Positions 20,605 to 30,026 of a stretch of 48,649 bases of DNA are shown piece by piece. The first letter of the stretch is position 1, and each line of letters begins with the position of its first letter. Under the pieces are notes generated by a model that saw nothing but the letters and a program-made list of their open reading frames with translations, searched no databases and was not told the DNA's origin. Made by a program: the position numbers and the translations under genes. This stretch comes from Candidatus Bathyarchaeia archaeon (GTDB lineage Archaea > Thermoproteota > Bathyarchaeia > 40CM-2-53-6), in the NCBI GenBank assembly GCA_049521055.1, contig JBEKPE010000003.1:1-48649 (forward strand), in the 5' to 3' direction.

Positions 20605-21699
20605 GTGAGGAATCAGACGGTGCCAAGAATTCCAGCCAATGAACTAAGAGAAACTGGAGTGACCATATTCACTCGTCTAGGTGCCCCCTGCGAGTACGCT
20701 GAACTAGTTGTCGACATGCTCATCGAAGCTAACCTTGTAGGTCACGACTCGCATGGAATCCAGTACATCACCCGTTACGCTGAAAGAATCAAGAATGGAA
20801 TTATTGATCCAACGGCAAGACCCGAAGTAACCAACGAGACTCCGAGCACAGCGATTATTGATGGGCATTGGACCTTCGGGCAGGTAACCGCCACCAAATC
20901 AATGCGGCTAGCAATCGAGAAGGCGAAGAGGACCTCGATCAGCGCTGTCGGAGCCATTCACTGCAATCATGTCGGACGACTTGGAGCCTATACGATGCTT
21001 GCGGCTGAAACTGACATGATCGGGTTCTTGATGGTTAACGTAGTTGACCCAGTTGTCCAACCATTTGGCGGAGCGTCGCGCGTCTTCGGAACGAACCCTA
21101 TCTCAGTCGCAGCCCCCGCGGGCCAACAGAAACCGTTCCTACTGGATTTCGCTACCTCCGCTGTGGCTGAAGGAAAGGTGGGAGTGGCGGCCTTGAATGA
21201 AGAGAAGATTCCTCTCGGCTGGATTGTTGACAATGATGGGCATGATACCGATGACCCCCTTGACTTCTCCTTACGAAATGGTTCGGTTGGAGAAAATGGC
21301 AGGTTACTCAGCTTTGGAGCCAGAGACGGACACAAGGGTTACTGTCTCTCAATCTTGATGGAGATTCTCGGAGGAATATTGCCTGGTGGAGGATCCATCG
21401 ATGACGAGGACGCTCACCTGCACGAGAATGGCCTTCTCGTCATTGCTCTCGATATCAAGAGATTCACACCACTCCAACAGTTCAAGAATAGAATGGATTC
21501 GCTGTTCAAGAAAGTCCACAGCGTACCAGTCAACCCAGAGTTCCAATACAGTGAGGTGCAGGTTCCAGGAGAATACGAGTGGAAAAATCGCGAAAAACGC
21601 CTAAAAGAGGGAATCGATGTCCCCCAACTCGCTTGGGACCAAATCCAGCAACTTGCTGCAGAACTAAACACCAACTCCAGGCCTCCCTCGACTAGGTAG
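20605..21699 (+). CDS. Ldh_2 family (malate/L-lactate/sulfolactate) dehydrogenase
   Basis: GHDSHG, NHVGRLG, GTNPI, DFATS, HKGY. Confidence 0.92.
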   Translation: MRNQTVPRIPANELRETGVTIFTRLGAPCEYAELVVDMLIEANLVGHDSHGIQYITRYAERIKNGIIDPTARPEVTNETPSTAIIDGHWTFGQVTATKSMRLAIEKAKRTSISAVGAIHCNHVGRLGAYTMLAAETDMIGFLMVNVVDPVVQPFGGASRVFGTNPISVAAPAGQQKPFLLDFATSAVAEGKVGVAALNEEKIPLGWIVDNDGHDTDDPLDFSLRNGSVGENGRLLSFGARDGHKGYCLSILMEILGGILPGGGSIDDEDAHLHENGLLVIALDIKRFTPLQQFKNRMDSLFKKVHSVPVNPEFQYSEVQVPGEYEWKNREKRLKEGIDVPQLAWDQIQQLAAELNTNSRPPSTR

Positions 21700-21958
21700 A
21701 CCAGCACTCCAAGTTCATTTCTTCGAGGATATGACAACCAACGAGGCCACAACTCTTGGCACTCGATAAGGTTTCAAAGTAACCTTGCAGCCTGCGCACA
21801 GTCTCAGCCCTCCTAACCATACGATAAAGCAGGTAGCACGAAGATTGGCTGAGCTAATTGTCTGTGACTTCCGTTGAGTTCGATGGAACGAAGCAGGCCC
21901 CTCCGCTAACTTTTTCGCAGACCTGATCAATTCAACATGGGATCTGTAGGCAACAAAC

Positions 21959-22801
21959 ATGACTTTAGTGTATGCATGCATTGCACCACACGGCAGTGAA
22001 ACTATCGGGCAACTTGCCCCTAAGGCCGCGGCGAATAAGTTTCGCAAAACACGTGACGGACTACGTAGGCTCGCTTCAGATATAGGCAAAGCGAGGCCAG
22101 ACACGATTGTTTTAGCGACTCCGCACAACCTTAGACTGTGTGGCAAAATTGCAATTGTACTATCCGAGAATTCCACTGGAATTCTGCAAGCATCTCCGCG
22201 AAATAAGAAAACGGTGAGCCTCAAAGCCAAATGCGACGTGAAATTCGCGAAGCAACTGCTTGAACGTTCGGCTAGAAGTCATCTGCCTGTCGTCGGGGCG
22301 CACTATGGAACTACCGAAGGGGTCACTTCGGATATGCCTATGGATTGGGGAACTCTGGTTCCCCTATGGTTTATGATGCCCCGATGCAGAAGAAGACCTA
22401 GAATTGTTATAGTAACGCCATCACGCGAGATCCCGTTGTCGAAGAACTTTGAATTTGGCCAAATGATTGCGAAACAAGCAGAAACCGACCGTGCAAAAAG
22501 AATAGTGTTTGTCGCGAGCGCTGACCAAGCACACGCGCACAAACACACTGGCCCCTACGGTTTCAGCAGACAAGCGAAGTACTATGACAAAATGGTCTTG
22601 GATGCCTTGATGAACAACCGAATGGACGCCGTCATGACTTTCAAACAGGATTTAGTTAGCGCGGCAAAGCCTGATAGCCTGTGGCAGATGGCCATGCTTG
22701 CCGGAATAGCTGATGAGATTCAGCTGAAATCGGAGATCGTCTCCTACGATGTTCCTACGTATTTTGGTATGATCTGCGCAAGCTTTCGAAGAATATACTG
22801 A
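21959..22801 (+). CDS. LigB/Memo-like (extradiol dioxygenase class III fold) protein
   Basis: APHG, TPHN, DWGTLVPL, ASADQAH, PTYFGM. Confidence 0.8.
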   Translation: MTLVYACIAPHGSETIGQLAPKAAANKFRKTRDGLRRLASDIGKARPDTIVLATPHNLRLCGKIAIVLSENSTGILQASPRNKKTVSLKAKCDVKFAKQLLERSARSHLPVVGAHYGTTEGVTSDMPMDWGTLVPLWFMMPRCRRRPRIVIVTPSREIPLSKNFEFGQMIAKQAETDRAKRIVFVASADQAHAHKHTGPYGFSRQAKYYDKMVLDALMNNRMDAVMTFKQDLVSAAKPDSLWQMAMLAGIADEIQLKSEIVSYDVPTYFGMICASFRRIY

Positions 22802-22917
22802 ATATTCTATCGCGTTAGGTAGGGTCGCGTCTGTTTAGTAGCAAATGGCTTCTGCTGTACCCCATAGCTGGAAAGCAACCAAAAGCCATTTCCTCACTCA
22901 TCCGTGTCCGCTCGCGA

Positions 22918-24003
22918 ATGAAAAGGAGCTTTACGAGTCGATCCACGATGCTTGACAAACCAAAACTCTTCGGTAGCCTGATGACTCAGGTGATTCGCTC
23001 TAACATGTGTAGTTTCTGTGGTGCCTGCATGGCCGCATGCCCCATTAACGTACTTTGGCCTTCAGGGGAACAACCAACACTCGTCGGGGCGTGTGCTCTC
23101 TGCGAGATCTGCTACTATCAATGCCCTAACGTAGAATTCTCGAGTGACGACGTTGAAATGCTCCTACATAGTCGAATCAGACGTCCCGATGAACCCCTTG
23201 GAATCTCGCGTGGAACATTCGTTGGCAAGGCAACTAAGAATGAGATTCTTAGCCGGGCTCAAGACGGAGGCGTTGTCACTGCCCTTCTCGCCTACGCCTT
23301 GGAGAGTAAGTTGATTGATGCCGCTGTTGTGGCGGGTAGGGATTCGAAATGGCGGGCAAAGCCGGAAGTTGCGACGAAGTATGACGACTTGGTTAAGGGT
23401 GCTGGAACGAAGTACACAGTTAGTCCAACGCTACTCGGCGTGCGGTCAGCAGTCGATGAGTACCAGAAAACCAAGGTCGGCCTCGTAGGAACGCCATGCC
23501 AAATCAAAGCGGTAAGAAGAATTCAGACTTCACCACTTGGCAATATCCGGTTAGCGCAGGCAATGACGCTGTCGATAGGCTTGTTCTGCATGGAAAGCTA
23601 CGCATACGACCCACTCGTCCAAACCTATCTTGTGGGCAAAGGGATCGATCCACTCTCGGTAACTAGAATGGGAATAAAGAAAGGCTCCTTCATCGCCTGG
23701 TCTGGAGAGAATGAGCTGCTTCACGTGCCCCTGAGAGAGGTCGATGCATTCGTAAGAAACAGTTGTAAACATTGCGAAGATTTCACTGCAGAATACTCAG
23801 ATGTCTCAGTAGGTGGAATAGGATGCCCTAACGGCTATTCCACCGTCATCGCAAGAACCGAAAAGGGGCTTGAACTGCTGAAAAACGCTGAGAAGGCCGG
23901 GTACATAGAGCTCCGCGAACTGAAGCCAGATGAGAAGGGATATCTAAAGGTCGTAAACATGGCCCAGACAAAGAGACTGAGAAAAGCAATCAAGCCGATC
24001 TAA
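22918..24003 (+). CDS. Coenzyme F420 hydrogenase/dehydrogenase beta-subunit family protein with N-terminal 2x[4Fe-4S]
   Basis: CxxCxxCxxxCP twice, AQDGGVVT, GTKY, VGTPCQ, GLFCME, CKHC.DF. Confidence 0.92.
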   Translation: MKRSFTSRSTMLDKPKLFGSLMTQVIRSNMCSFCGACMAACPINVLWPSGEQPTLVGACALCEICYYQCPNVEFSSDDVEMLLHSRIRRPDEPLGISRGTFVGKATKNEILSRAQDGGVVTALLAYALESKLIDAAVVAGRDSKWRAKPEVATKYDDLVKGAGTKYTVSPTLLGVRSAVDEYQKTKVGLVGTPCQIKAVRRIQTSPLGNIRLAQAMTLSIGLFCMESYAYDPLVQTYLVGKGIDPLSVTRMGIKKGSFIAWSGENELLHVPLREVDAFVRNSCKHCEDFTAEYSDVSVGGIGCPNGYSTVIARTEKGLELLKNAEKAGYIELRELKPDEKGYLKVVNMAQTKRLRKAIKPI

Positions 24004-24094
24004 CCGATATTCACTAAAAGCGGCCAAATATTCTAACAAGGACACTTCTCGACTTAAATCCAAGCCTCGCGATGGCATATCGCAGGCTGGATCG

Positions 24095-24964
24095 TTGTCC
24101 CAACTCGATTTCAAACTCGGCCCCGGGCTGAAACTGGGTCCCATTTGCTTGAGAGTAAATGACCTGGAAATGATGCTCTCATTCTATGAGAAAGAGTGCG
24201 GACTCAAAGTAATCCAACATGAAGGAAACTTCACGGCACTCGCCTGTGGACGATCCGAGCAACCAATTCTAATTCTCAATCACGATGAGAAGGCGTTGAA
24301 ATCCCCTGCAGACGCGGCTGGCCTATATCACTACGCCCTCCTCGTCCCAGACCGAAAGAGCCTAGCCGCAGCATACCTTTCGCTCGGAAACAATGGCGTC
24401 GTCTTCGACGGTTACGCCGATCACAATGTCAGCGAGGCGCTCTATTTGAGCGATCCCGAAGGCAACGGAATCGAGATCTACGCTGATAGGCCGAGAAGCG
24501 AATGGAAATTTGATGATGGCGAAGTTCAGATGGCAACTCAACCCTTGGACTTGGAGTCAGTCATCAAAGAATTGCCGAAGGAAGCAGATGATAAGTTGAC
24601 TGGAATCGTTGAGGGAACCCGAGTCGGCCATGTGCACTTGAAGGTTACCGACCTGCAGACTTCGATAACATTCTACAGGAACATTTTGGGGCTAGAATTG
24701 ATGAGCTATTTGGGAAGCGCGGCTTTCCTGTCAGTTGATGGGTACCATCACCACATTGGCATGAACACATGGGAGAGCCTAGGCGGACCGAGATCGCAGA
24801 AATCTTGGCTGGGCTTGGAGTACTTCGTTCTCAACATTCCGCAAGCAAACCTGAACGAACTCTCCTCTAGACTCGGAGGAAATTTGAGCACACAGAGCGA
24901 CGAACCCGGAAAACTCTTCGTCTCAGATCCGGATGCAATTCCGTTAGTTTTCAATGCGCTCTGA
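24095..24964 (+). CDS. VOC family protein (CatE-like glyoxalase/dioxygenase)
   Basis: GLYHYA, DHNVSEALYLSDPEGNGIEIYADRP, GHVHL, GYHHHIG. Confidence 0.9.
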   Translation: MSQLDFKLGPGLKLGPICLRVNDLEMMLSFYEKECGLKVIQHEGNFTALACGRSEQPILILNHDEKALKSPADAAGLYHYALLVPDRKSLAAAYLSLGNNGVVFDGYADHNVSEALYLSDPEGNGIEIYADRPRSEWKFDDGEVQMATQPLDLESVIKELPKEADDKLTGIVEGTRVGHVHLKVTDLQTSITFYRNILGLELMSYLGSAAFLSVDGYHHHIGMNTWESLGGPRSQKSWLGLEYFVLNIPQANLNELSSRLGGNLSTQSDEPGKLFVSDPDAIPLVFNAL

Positions 24965-25349
24965 TTCTTGAGGTCTTACCCTCTCTTATCACAAAGCATG
25001 ATTCCCTACAACCGAATAGCGAGTAACGCCTACTGGCAATGAAGTCGTAGATTCTCTCGGCCAATGAAGTGCTGAATATTCTGCACACGAGTTTAAAGGG
25101 GGCAAGGAATTTGCAGGTTTCTGTGATTGCAGCTGCCCCGCTCATTAGTGAACCGTCCCCTCGGATCAGATGCATCCGACCTTGAAACTCCCGATCGCTG
25201 AGCCCATACTTTCTTCTCACACGAGGGTCAAGTTCTTGGAACGGCTCATATTCGAAAGTTTTGCTGCGATCAATTAGGTTGAGGAATCGAACCGCGCCAG
25301 TGCAAAAGTTGCAGATCCCATCGTAAACCAGGCGCGGCTTTTGGATCAA
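24951..25349 (-). CDS. DCC1-like thiol-disulfide oxidoreductase (DUF393)
   Basis: YDGICNFC motif and YDFIASRRY..FG. Confidence 0.88.
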   Translation of the reverse strand: MIQKPRLVYDGICNFCTGAVRFLNLIDRSKTFEYEPFQELDPRVRRKYGLSDREFQGRMHLIRGDGSLMSGAAAITETCKFLAPFKLVCRIFSTSLAERIYDFIASRRYSLFGCRESCFVIREGKTSRIRAH

Positions 25350-25382
25350 TTTGCATTTGCCACCGTTGACCGTCTTTAAGAT

Positions 25383-25547
25383 TCAATGACTTTTGTTTAT
25401 GCTCGCGTAGAGCAAGTCACCGACGTTCATAGGCGGAGGTGTGTAGAGGTGGACAAACTTGCATTCATTACAGTAACTTCTTTGACACTCGACACAGAAA
25501 CCTATTGGCTTTTTTCCACTTCCACAGGAACAGGTTTGCATACTCAT
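25383..25547 (-). CDS. B-box-like zinc-finger microprotein, 54 aa (not in ORF track)
   Basis: Manual translation: MSMQTCSCGSGKKPIGFCVECQRSYCNECKFVHLYTPPPMNVGDLLYASINKSH. Confidence 0.6.
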   Translation of the reverse strand: MSMQTCSCGSGKKPIGFCVECQRSYCNECKFVHLYTPPPMNVGDLLYASINKSH

Positions 25548-25799
25548 GAGAACTCGATACTCCTGCCACGATCTTCATGCGTCATCAGCGTTGTGAGGCG
25601 AGGCGATGAATTATTCTTTGCCCCATCGCGTACAGTAAATTGTTGACAAACACAAACATCAATTGGTCGATTTTCAATCGCTCGTGCGTATTTGAGAATA
25701 TTCGAACTCATGATCAATCCTAACATTTGATAAGAGCGTGAGACAGGTGGGAGTTGTCGCACTACAATTATATATCGTCCTATGCCTCGTTTCAACCCC

Positions 25800-27281
25800 A
25801 TGTCTCAGAACCAGACCATAATGGAGATCGCCGAGAAGTATAAGCCGCTATGGGCACTCGACAGTGTAAGTGCACTCCTTGACTGGGACACGGAAACCTA
25901 CATGCCTTCCGGGTCCTCTGAACAGAGAGGCTTCGCACTCGCCCAAACCCAGCTGATAAGACAGGAGCGCATGACCCACCTAGTTGACCTAGCGCAAAAG
26001 GCAGAAAAATCGTCTGGGCTTAACGACTACGAAAAAGGCTTCGTAAGGGTACTAAGACACGACCTCGATTATTACTTGAAAGTCCCCCCAAAACTACTGG
26101 AAGATATTCTCAGAACCGGAATCGAGGGCACTGTAGTCTGGCGAGAGGCCAGGAAGAAATCCGACTTTTCAATGTTTGAACCGTATCTGGAAAAAATGGT
26201 TGGTTTGAAGAGACAGGAAGCAGAGAAACTCGGTTACGAGGGACACCCCTACAATGCATTGATGGACAGGTTCGAGGAAGGGTTAACGACCAAAGACGTA
26301 GACAGAATATTTTCTACACTCACTCCCCCTCTGAAAGGAATATTGGATAAGGTTCTAGCAGCCGGTAAGTTCCCGAGCACTCACCCGCTCGAAGAAATGA
26401 GCTACGAAGAGGCTGCAATGAAACGAGTGAACGAAGACGTCTTGAAGCTACTACAAATGCCTGAAAAAACATTCAGGATGGATATCTCAACACACCCCTT
26501 CACAGCAAGCATGTCCGTCGAGGACGTAAGGATAACGACGCGTTACGAGGGGAAGGACTTCAAATCTTCCCTCTATTCGACGGTGCATGAATCTGGACAC
26601 GCGATCTATGACTTACAAGTTGACCCGTCGCTCAACTACACCCCCCTCTCCAGAGCCACCTCATTAGGAGTGCACGAGTCCCAATCAAGATTCTGGGAGA
26701 ACTTCATCGGAAGAAGTAGAGAATTCGTAAGATTAGTCTACCCGACCTTGAAATCGAACCTCCCCTTCGTCGCGAAATACAACGAGGATCAAATCTATCG
26801 GTACGTTAACTCAGTGAAACGTAGCCTCATCAGGGTCGAGGCGGATGAATTGACTTACAACTTCCACATCATGCTCCGGTACGAGTTGGAGAAGAAATTG
26901 ATCGGCGGAGAAATCCAAGTGTCGGAAGCCCCTTCGCTATGGAAAGACATGATGGAGAAATACGTAGGCGTCCGACCCAAGACAGACGCTGAGGGAATCC
27001 TTCAAGATGTTCATTGGAGCGGAGGCATGTTCGGATACTTTGCCACTTACTCTCTAGGAAACGTCATCGCTGGAATGTTCTACAACCGTATTCGGAAAGA
27101 TATGGATCTGAACGCTACGGTTGCGAAAGGTGAGTTTGGGAAAGTAAAGGACTGGTTGAAGGAGAAGATCCACAGACACGGCGCAATATACTCCCCCAAG
27201 GAATTGCAGAACAGGCTGTTCGGCGAGCAGTACAACCCACAATGGCTGATCAATTATCTGCAAGAGAAATACCTGGCATAA
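25800..27281 (+). CDS. Carboxypeptidase M32 (Taq-type)
   Basis: HPF, DVRITTRY, HESGH, HESQ, IRVEADE, QDVHW. Confidence 0.96.
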   Translation: MSQNQTIMEIAEKYKPLWALDSVSALLDWDTETYMPSGSSEQRGFALAQTQLIRQERMTHLVDLAQKAEKSSGLNDYEKGFVRVLRHDLDYYLKVPPKLLEDILRTGIEGTVVWREARKKSDFSMFEPYLEKMVGLKRQEAEKLGYEGHPYNALMDRFEEGLTTKDVDRIFSTLTPPLKGILDKVLAAGKFPSTHPLEEMSYEEAAMKRVNEDVLKLLQMPEKTFRMDISTHPFTASMSVEDVRITTRYEGKDFKSSLYSTVHESGHAIYDLQVDPSLNYTPLSRATSLGVHESQSRFWENFIGRSREFVRLVYPTLKSNLPFVAKYNEDQIYRYVNSVKRSLIRVEADELTYNFHIMLRYELEKKLIGGEIQVSEAPSLWKDMMEKYVGVRPKTDAEGILQDVHWSGGMFGYFATYSLGNVIAGMFYNRIRKDMDLNATVAKGEFGKVKDWLKEKIHRHGAIYSPKELQNRLFGEQYNPQWLINYLQEKYLA

Positions 27282-27360
27282 GCCGGCAAACCTCCAGTGG
27301 CACGGGGCCGCGAAAACGTTTAAGCCCTGCAATGATGAAGTTATGTTATAGTGATTCTAG

Positions 27361-27630
27361 ATGTCTCGTAGGGGTAAGCGTCAACCGGTTTTGGCGGCTA
27401 TTCTCTCTTTGCTTGTTCCAGGCCTAGGGCAGATCTATGGTGGTAAGCAGGAGCGTGGCGCAACAATCCTGGTGGCCGGGATAGTGGTTGGAACCTTAGC
27501 TTTGATTTCGCAGACCCTTTTCGTATCATTTGCTGCGGGGGCGTTTTGGTGGTATAAGCTTCCGTTGAGTGCATACGCAATAATCTTCTGGATATGGCAA
27601 CTTGCAGACGCCTACAAACAAGCGAAATGA
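27361..27630 (+). CDS. Small TM2-like membrane protein
   Basis: AAILSLLVPGLGQIY motif, hydrophobic helices, DAY ending. Confidence 0.75.
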   Translation: MSRRGKRQPVLAAILSLLVPGLGQIYGGKQERGATILVAGIVVGTLALISQTLFVSFAAGAFWWYKLPLSAYAIIFWIWQLADAYKQAK

Positions 27631-27651
27631 CGATCGGACGCGGTGAACTAG

Positions 27652-28059
27652 ATAGTAGATGAGACGCGTATCCCAAAGAGATACCGCCTGGTCTACGCCG
27701 GAATACGCGTAAGGGATCTGAAGAAATCAACCAACTTCTACAGAAAAGTCATGAGAATGCGAGTAACGAGACGAGGAACAATGCCTCACGGCGGCAAATA
27801 TGTGGCGCTAAGAAGCCCCGGATCCACGCAAGAACTCGAGTTAAACTGGTACCCATCACGAAGCAAATACTATTCTAAGTACCGACGAGGAGACGCGTTA
27901 GACCACCTCGCGTTCGGCGTAGGCAACGTGAAAGCTGCCCTGGCGAAACTCATTTCCAAGGGAGTCGAAGTAGCCGTCTCACTTTCTGAAGCCAAAGGAG
28001 TCACCGAGGCCTACGTGAAAGACCCCGACGGAATCTGGCTAGAACTACTCAACTGGTAA
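27652..28059 (+). CDS. VOC family (lactoylglutathione lyase-like) protein; start codon non-canonical or uncertain
   Basis: YAGIRVRDLKKSTNFY lies in frame upstream of ATG 27751; ELELNWY, DHLAF, DPDGIWLEL. Confidence 0.8.
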   Translation: MVDETRIPKRYRLVYAGIRVRDLKKSTNFYRKVMRMRVTRRGTMPHGGKYVALRSPGSTQELELNWYPSRSKYYSKYRRGDALDHLAFGVGNVKAALAKLISKGVEVAVSLSEAKGVTEAYVKDPDGIWLELLNW

Positions 28060-28089
28060 CATGCCAGATACCTCCGAAGGGAAATCGAC

Positions 28090-28692
28090 CTGAGCGACGT
28101 TCTGAAAAGATGCGCCTGGGCGCGGAATGACCCTCTACTTAGGGAATATCATGACAAAGAGTGGGGCGTCCCCGTACATGACGACCTCAAACTGTTCGAA
28201 TTTCTCACACTCGAAGGAGCACAAGCAGGACTTAGCTGGCTGACCATACTCAGGAAACGGGAGTCATTCCGACTTGCTTTTCACGGATTCGATCCAAGGA
28301 AAGTTGCGAAATATTCGAGCTCCGATGCCAGGCATCTGCTAACCAACCGGGGAATTATCCGTAACCGCCTCAAAATATCGGCCGCAATAACCAACGCCCG
28401 GCAGTTCCTAGACGTACAGAAGGAATTCGGAACCTTCGACAGTTACGTTTGGAGGTTTGTCGGTGGCAGCCCGATTGAACATCGGTTTAGGTCGATGTCA
28501 GCTATTCCGGCGAAGACAAGGGAATCTGACGCGATGAGCTCCGACATGGTAATGCGCGGATTCAAGTTTGTTGGCTCAACAATTTGTTATTCGTTCATGC
28601 AAGCCGTTGGAATGACAAACGACCACACCCTCAACTGTTTCAGACACAATCAGCTGAAACGAAACCGCCGAGAACACGTAAGGTTAGGTTGA
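28090..28692 (+). CDS. tag: DNA-3-methyladenine glycosylase I; probable CTG start
   Basis: Frame is open upstream of 28495: RCAW, YHDKEWG, LEGAQAGLSW, IIRNRLKI, then GFKFVG, QAVG..NDH...CF. Confidence 0.92.
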   Translation: MSDVLKRCAWARNDPLLREYHDKEWGVPVHDDLKLFEFLTLEGAQAGLSWLTILRKRESFRLAFHGFDPRKVAKYSSSDARHLLTNRGIIRNRLKISAAITNARQFLDVQKEFGTFDSYVWRFVGGSPIEHRFRSMSAIPAKTRESDAMSSDMVMRGFKFVGSTICYSFMQAVGMTNDHTLNCFRHNQLKRNRREHVRLG

Positions 28693-28695
28693 AAG

Positions 28696-29190
28696 TTGTC
28701 TGTAACGCAATTCTTGAATGTCATAGTGCTTTGGGTTCATCTGTTCAGTGCGGTTCTATTCGTGGGCGGTTCATTCTTCATGTGGTTGGTCATCGTTCCC
28801 GCTTCACATCTCGTTTCTAGCGACGAATCGGAGAGAACGAGAATCGTTGGGAAGATCGCTAGAAGCTTCGGTAACCTGACTAACCCTATCATAGTTGTCT
28901 TGGTGATCACCGGATTGTACAACGCCACATGGTACCTTCCATCAGCAAATGGCCTCCTCGAATACCCCGGAACACTCCTATTGGCGAAAGCAATTCTCGT
29001 TACGCTTCTTCTGGCACTCATCTATGTTCATAACGTATACTTCGGAAAGAGAATCATTCGACTTGCTAAAGAGGCGAAATTGGACGAGCTCAAGGCGCTA
29101 CGGAAGAGGAGCAGAATCATTTCAGCTGCGAATCTAACATTAATGCTACTGATCCTGCTTCTCTCAACGATGATGCAGATCCCTCCCTGA
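28696..29190 (+). CDS. CopD/DUF4149-like membrane protein
   Basis: WVHL...GG, ITGLYN, K..LV, H in four TM helices. Confidence 0.75.
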   Translation: MSVTQFLNVIVLWVHLFSAVLFVGGSFFMWLVIVPASHLVSSDESERTRIVGKIARSFGNLTNPIIVVLVITGLYNATWYLPSANGLLEYPGTLLLAKAILVTLLLALIYVHNVYFGKRIIRLAKEAKLDELKALRKRSRIISAANLTLMLLILLLSTMMQIPP

Positions 29191-29305
29191 AACGATTCGG
29201 GACCCATCAGGACGCGCGATCTAACTTTCTCATGTGCTTTGACGTGAGCACTGGCAATAGTTAGGCGACCAAGAAGGTGACGGCAGGACTCATCCTACCT
29301 CACTA

Positions 29306-29325
29306 ATTCTGAACCCGTTCAGAAT
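29306..29325. repeat. Perfect 9-bp inverted repeat sharing ATTCTGAAC with the island sites
   Basis: ATTCTGAAC-CC-GTTCAGAAT. Confidence 0.6.
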
Positions 29326-29452
29326 ATTGAATTTTTCCTATGCTTGAGTTTCGTACTGAGAAAGCTTCGTACATGAGACGATTGGGGGAAGCGAAAAGTT
29401 GTGTATATTGCGTAAATTCTTATATGCATAGAATGGCGTTCTTGATTGAAAG

Positions 29453-29671
29453 GTGAAACTTGTGCCGTTCTTCCTACCTATCGTCGGTGGTCTTTTGGCG
29501 GCGGGGTTAGTTGGGGGAGCTTTAGGACTTGGAGTCGGAGCAGCTGCCTACTACTACAGCAGACCCATGTACTATCCCTACCCGGCTGCGAACTACTCGC
29601 CATACCCATACTACGCGGCGCCTCAATTCTCTCAAGGACGCGTTTGTCCCCACTGTGGCGCGGCAATTTAG
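29453..29671 (+). CDS. Small membrane protein with Tyr/Pro-rich segment and terminal CPHCG
   Basis: Gly-rich TM segment, YYPYPAANYSPYPYY, CPHCGAAI. Confidence 0.55.
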   Translation: MKLVPFFLPIVGGLLAAGLVGGALGLGVGAAAYYYSRPMYYPYPAANYSPYPYYAAPQFSQGRVCPHCGAAI

Positions 29672-29867
29672 ATACCACCAAGCATAAACCGTAAATTTCC
29701 CTCCTTTTTCCCGCAGGGACCGCTCTTCACTATTTCGCATGCTAACACGAGTGACTGTTCCGTCCCTTTACGGAATTAACCGGCCGTTAATCGTGGCGAA
29801 TTTTCTGAGGCTGTATGTTGCAGCGCAATTGTAGAAGGGTGTAGAAACTCCCTCATGATTGGGTTTC

Positions 29868-30026
29868 TCATTTGAGTAGCCGTCCCTCGCAGGGAGCGCA
29901 GTAAGGTAGGTCGCTTAGGGGGTGAACGTTCTCAGGTCGTAGCCGGCAGCCGCAATCTGAACAACGTACATGTGATGTGGCCTGTGTGCGAGGTACACGC
30001 TGCACACTTGGTGTGATGAGACTCAA
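29868..30026 (-). CDS. Zinc-finger microprotein, 52 aa, coupled to terL (not in ORF track)
   Basis: TTG overlaps the terL TGA; translation ...RCSDCGCRLRPENVHPLSDLPYCAPCEGRLLK. Confidence 0.6.
   Translation of the reverse strand: MSLITPSVQRVPRTQATSHVRCSDCGCRLRPENVHPLSDLPYCAPCEGRLLK

Noticed and set aside
25386-25801. ORF-track entries 25386-25646 (+) and 25544-25801 (-)
   Set aside because: No recognisable features; the first overlaps the better-supported Zn microprotein and the second spans the M32 promoter region.
29775-29791. ATTAAC-CGGCC-GTTAAT box with the same AAC-N5-GTT geometry
   Set aside because: Single box with no tRNA-like core or second box; may be chance, so not counted as a site.
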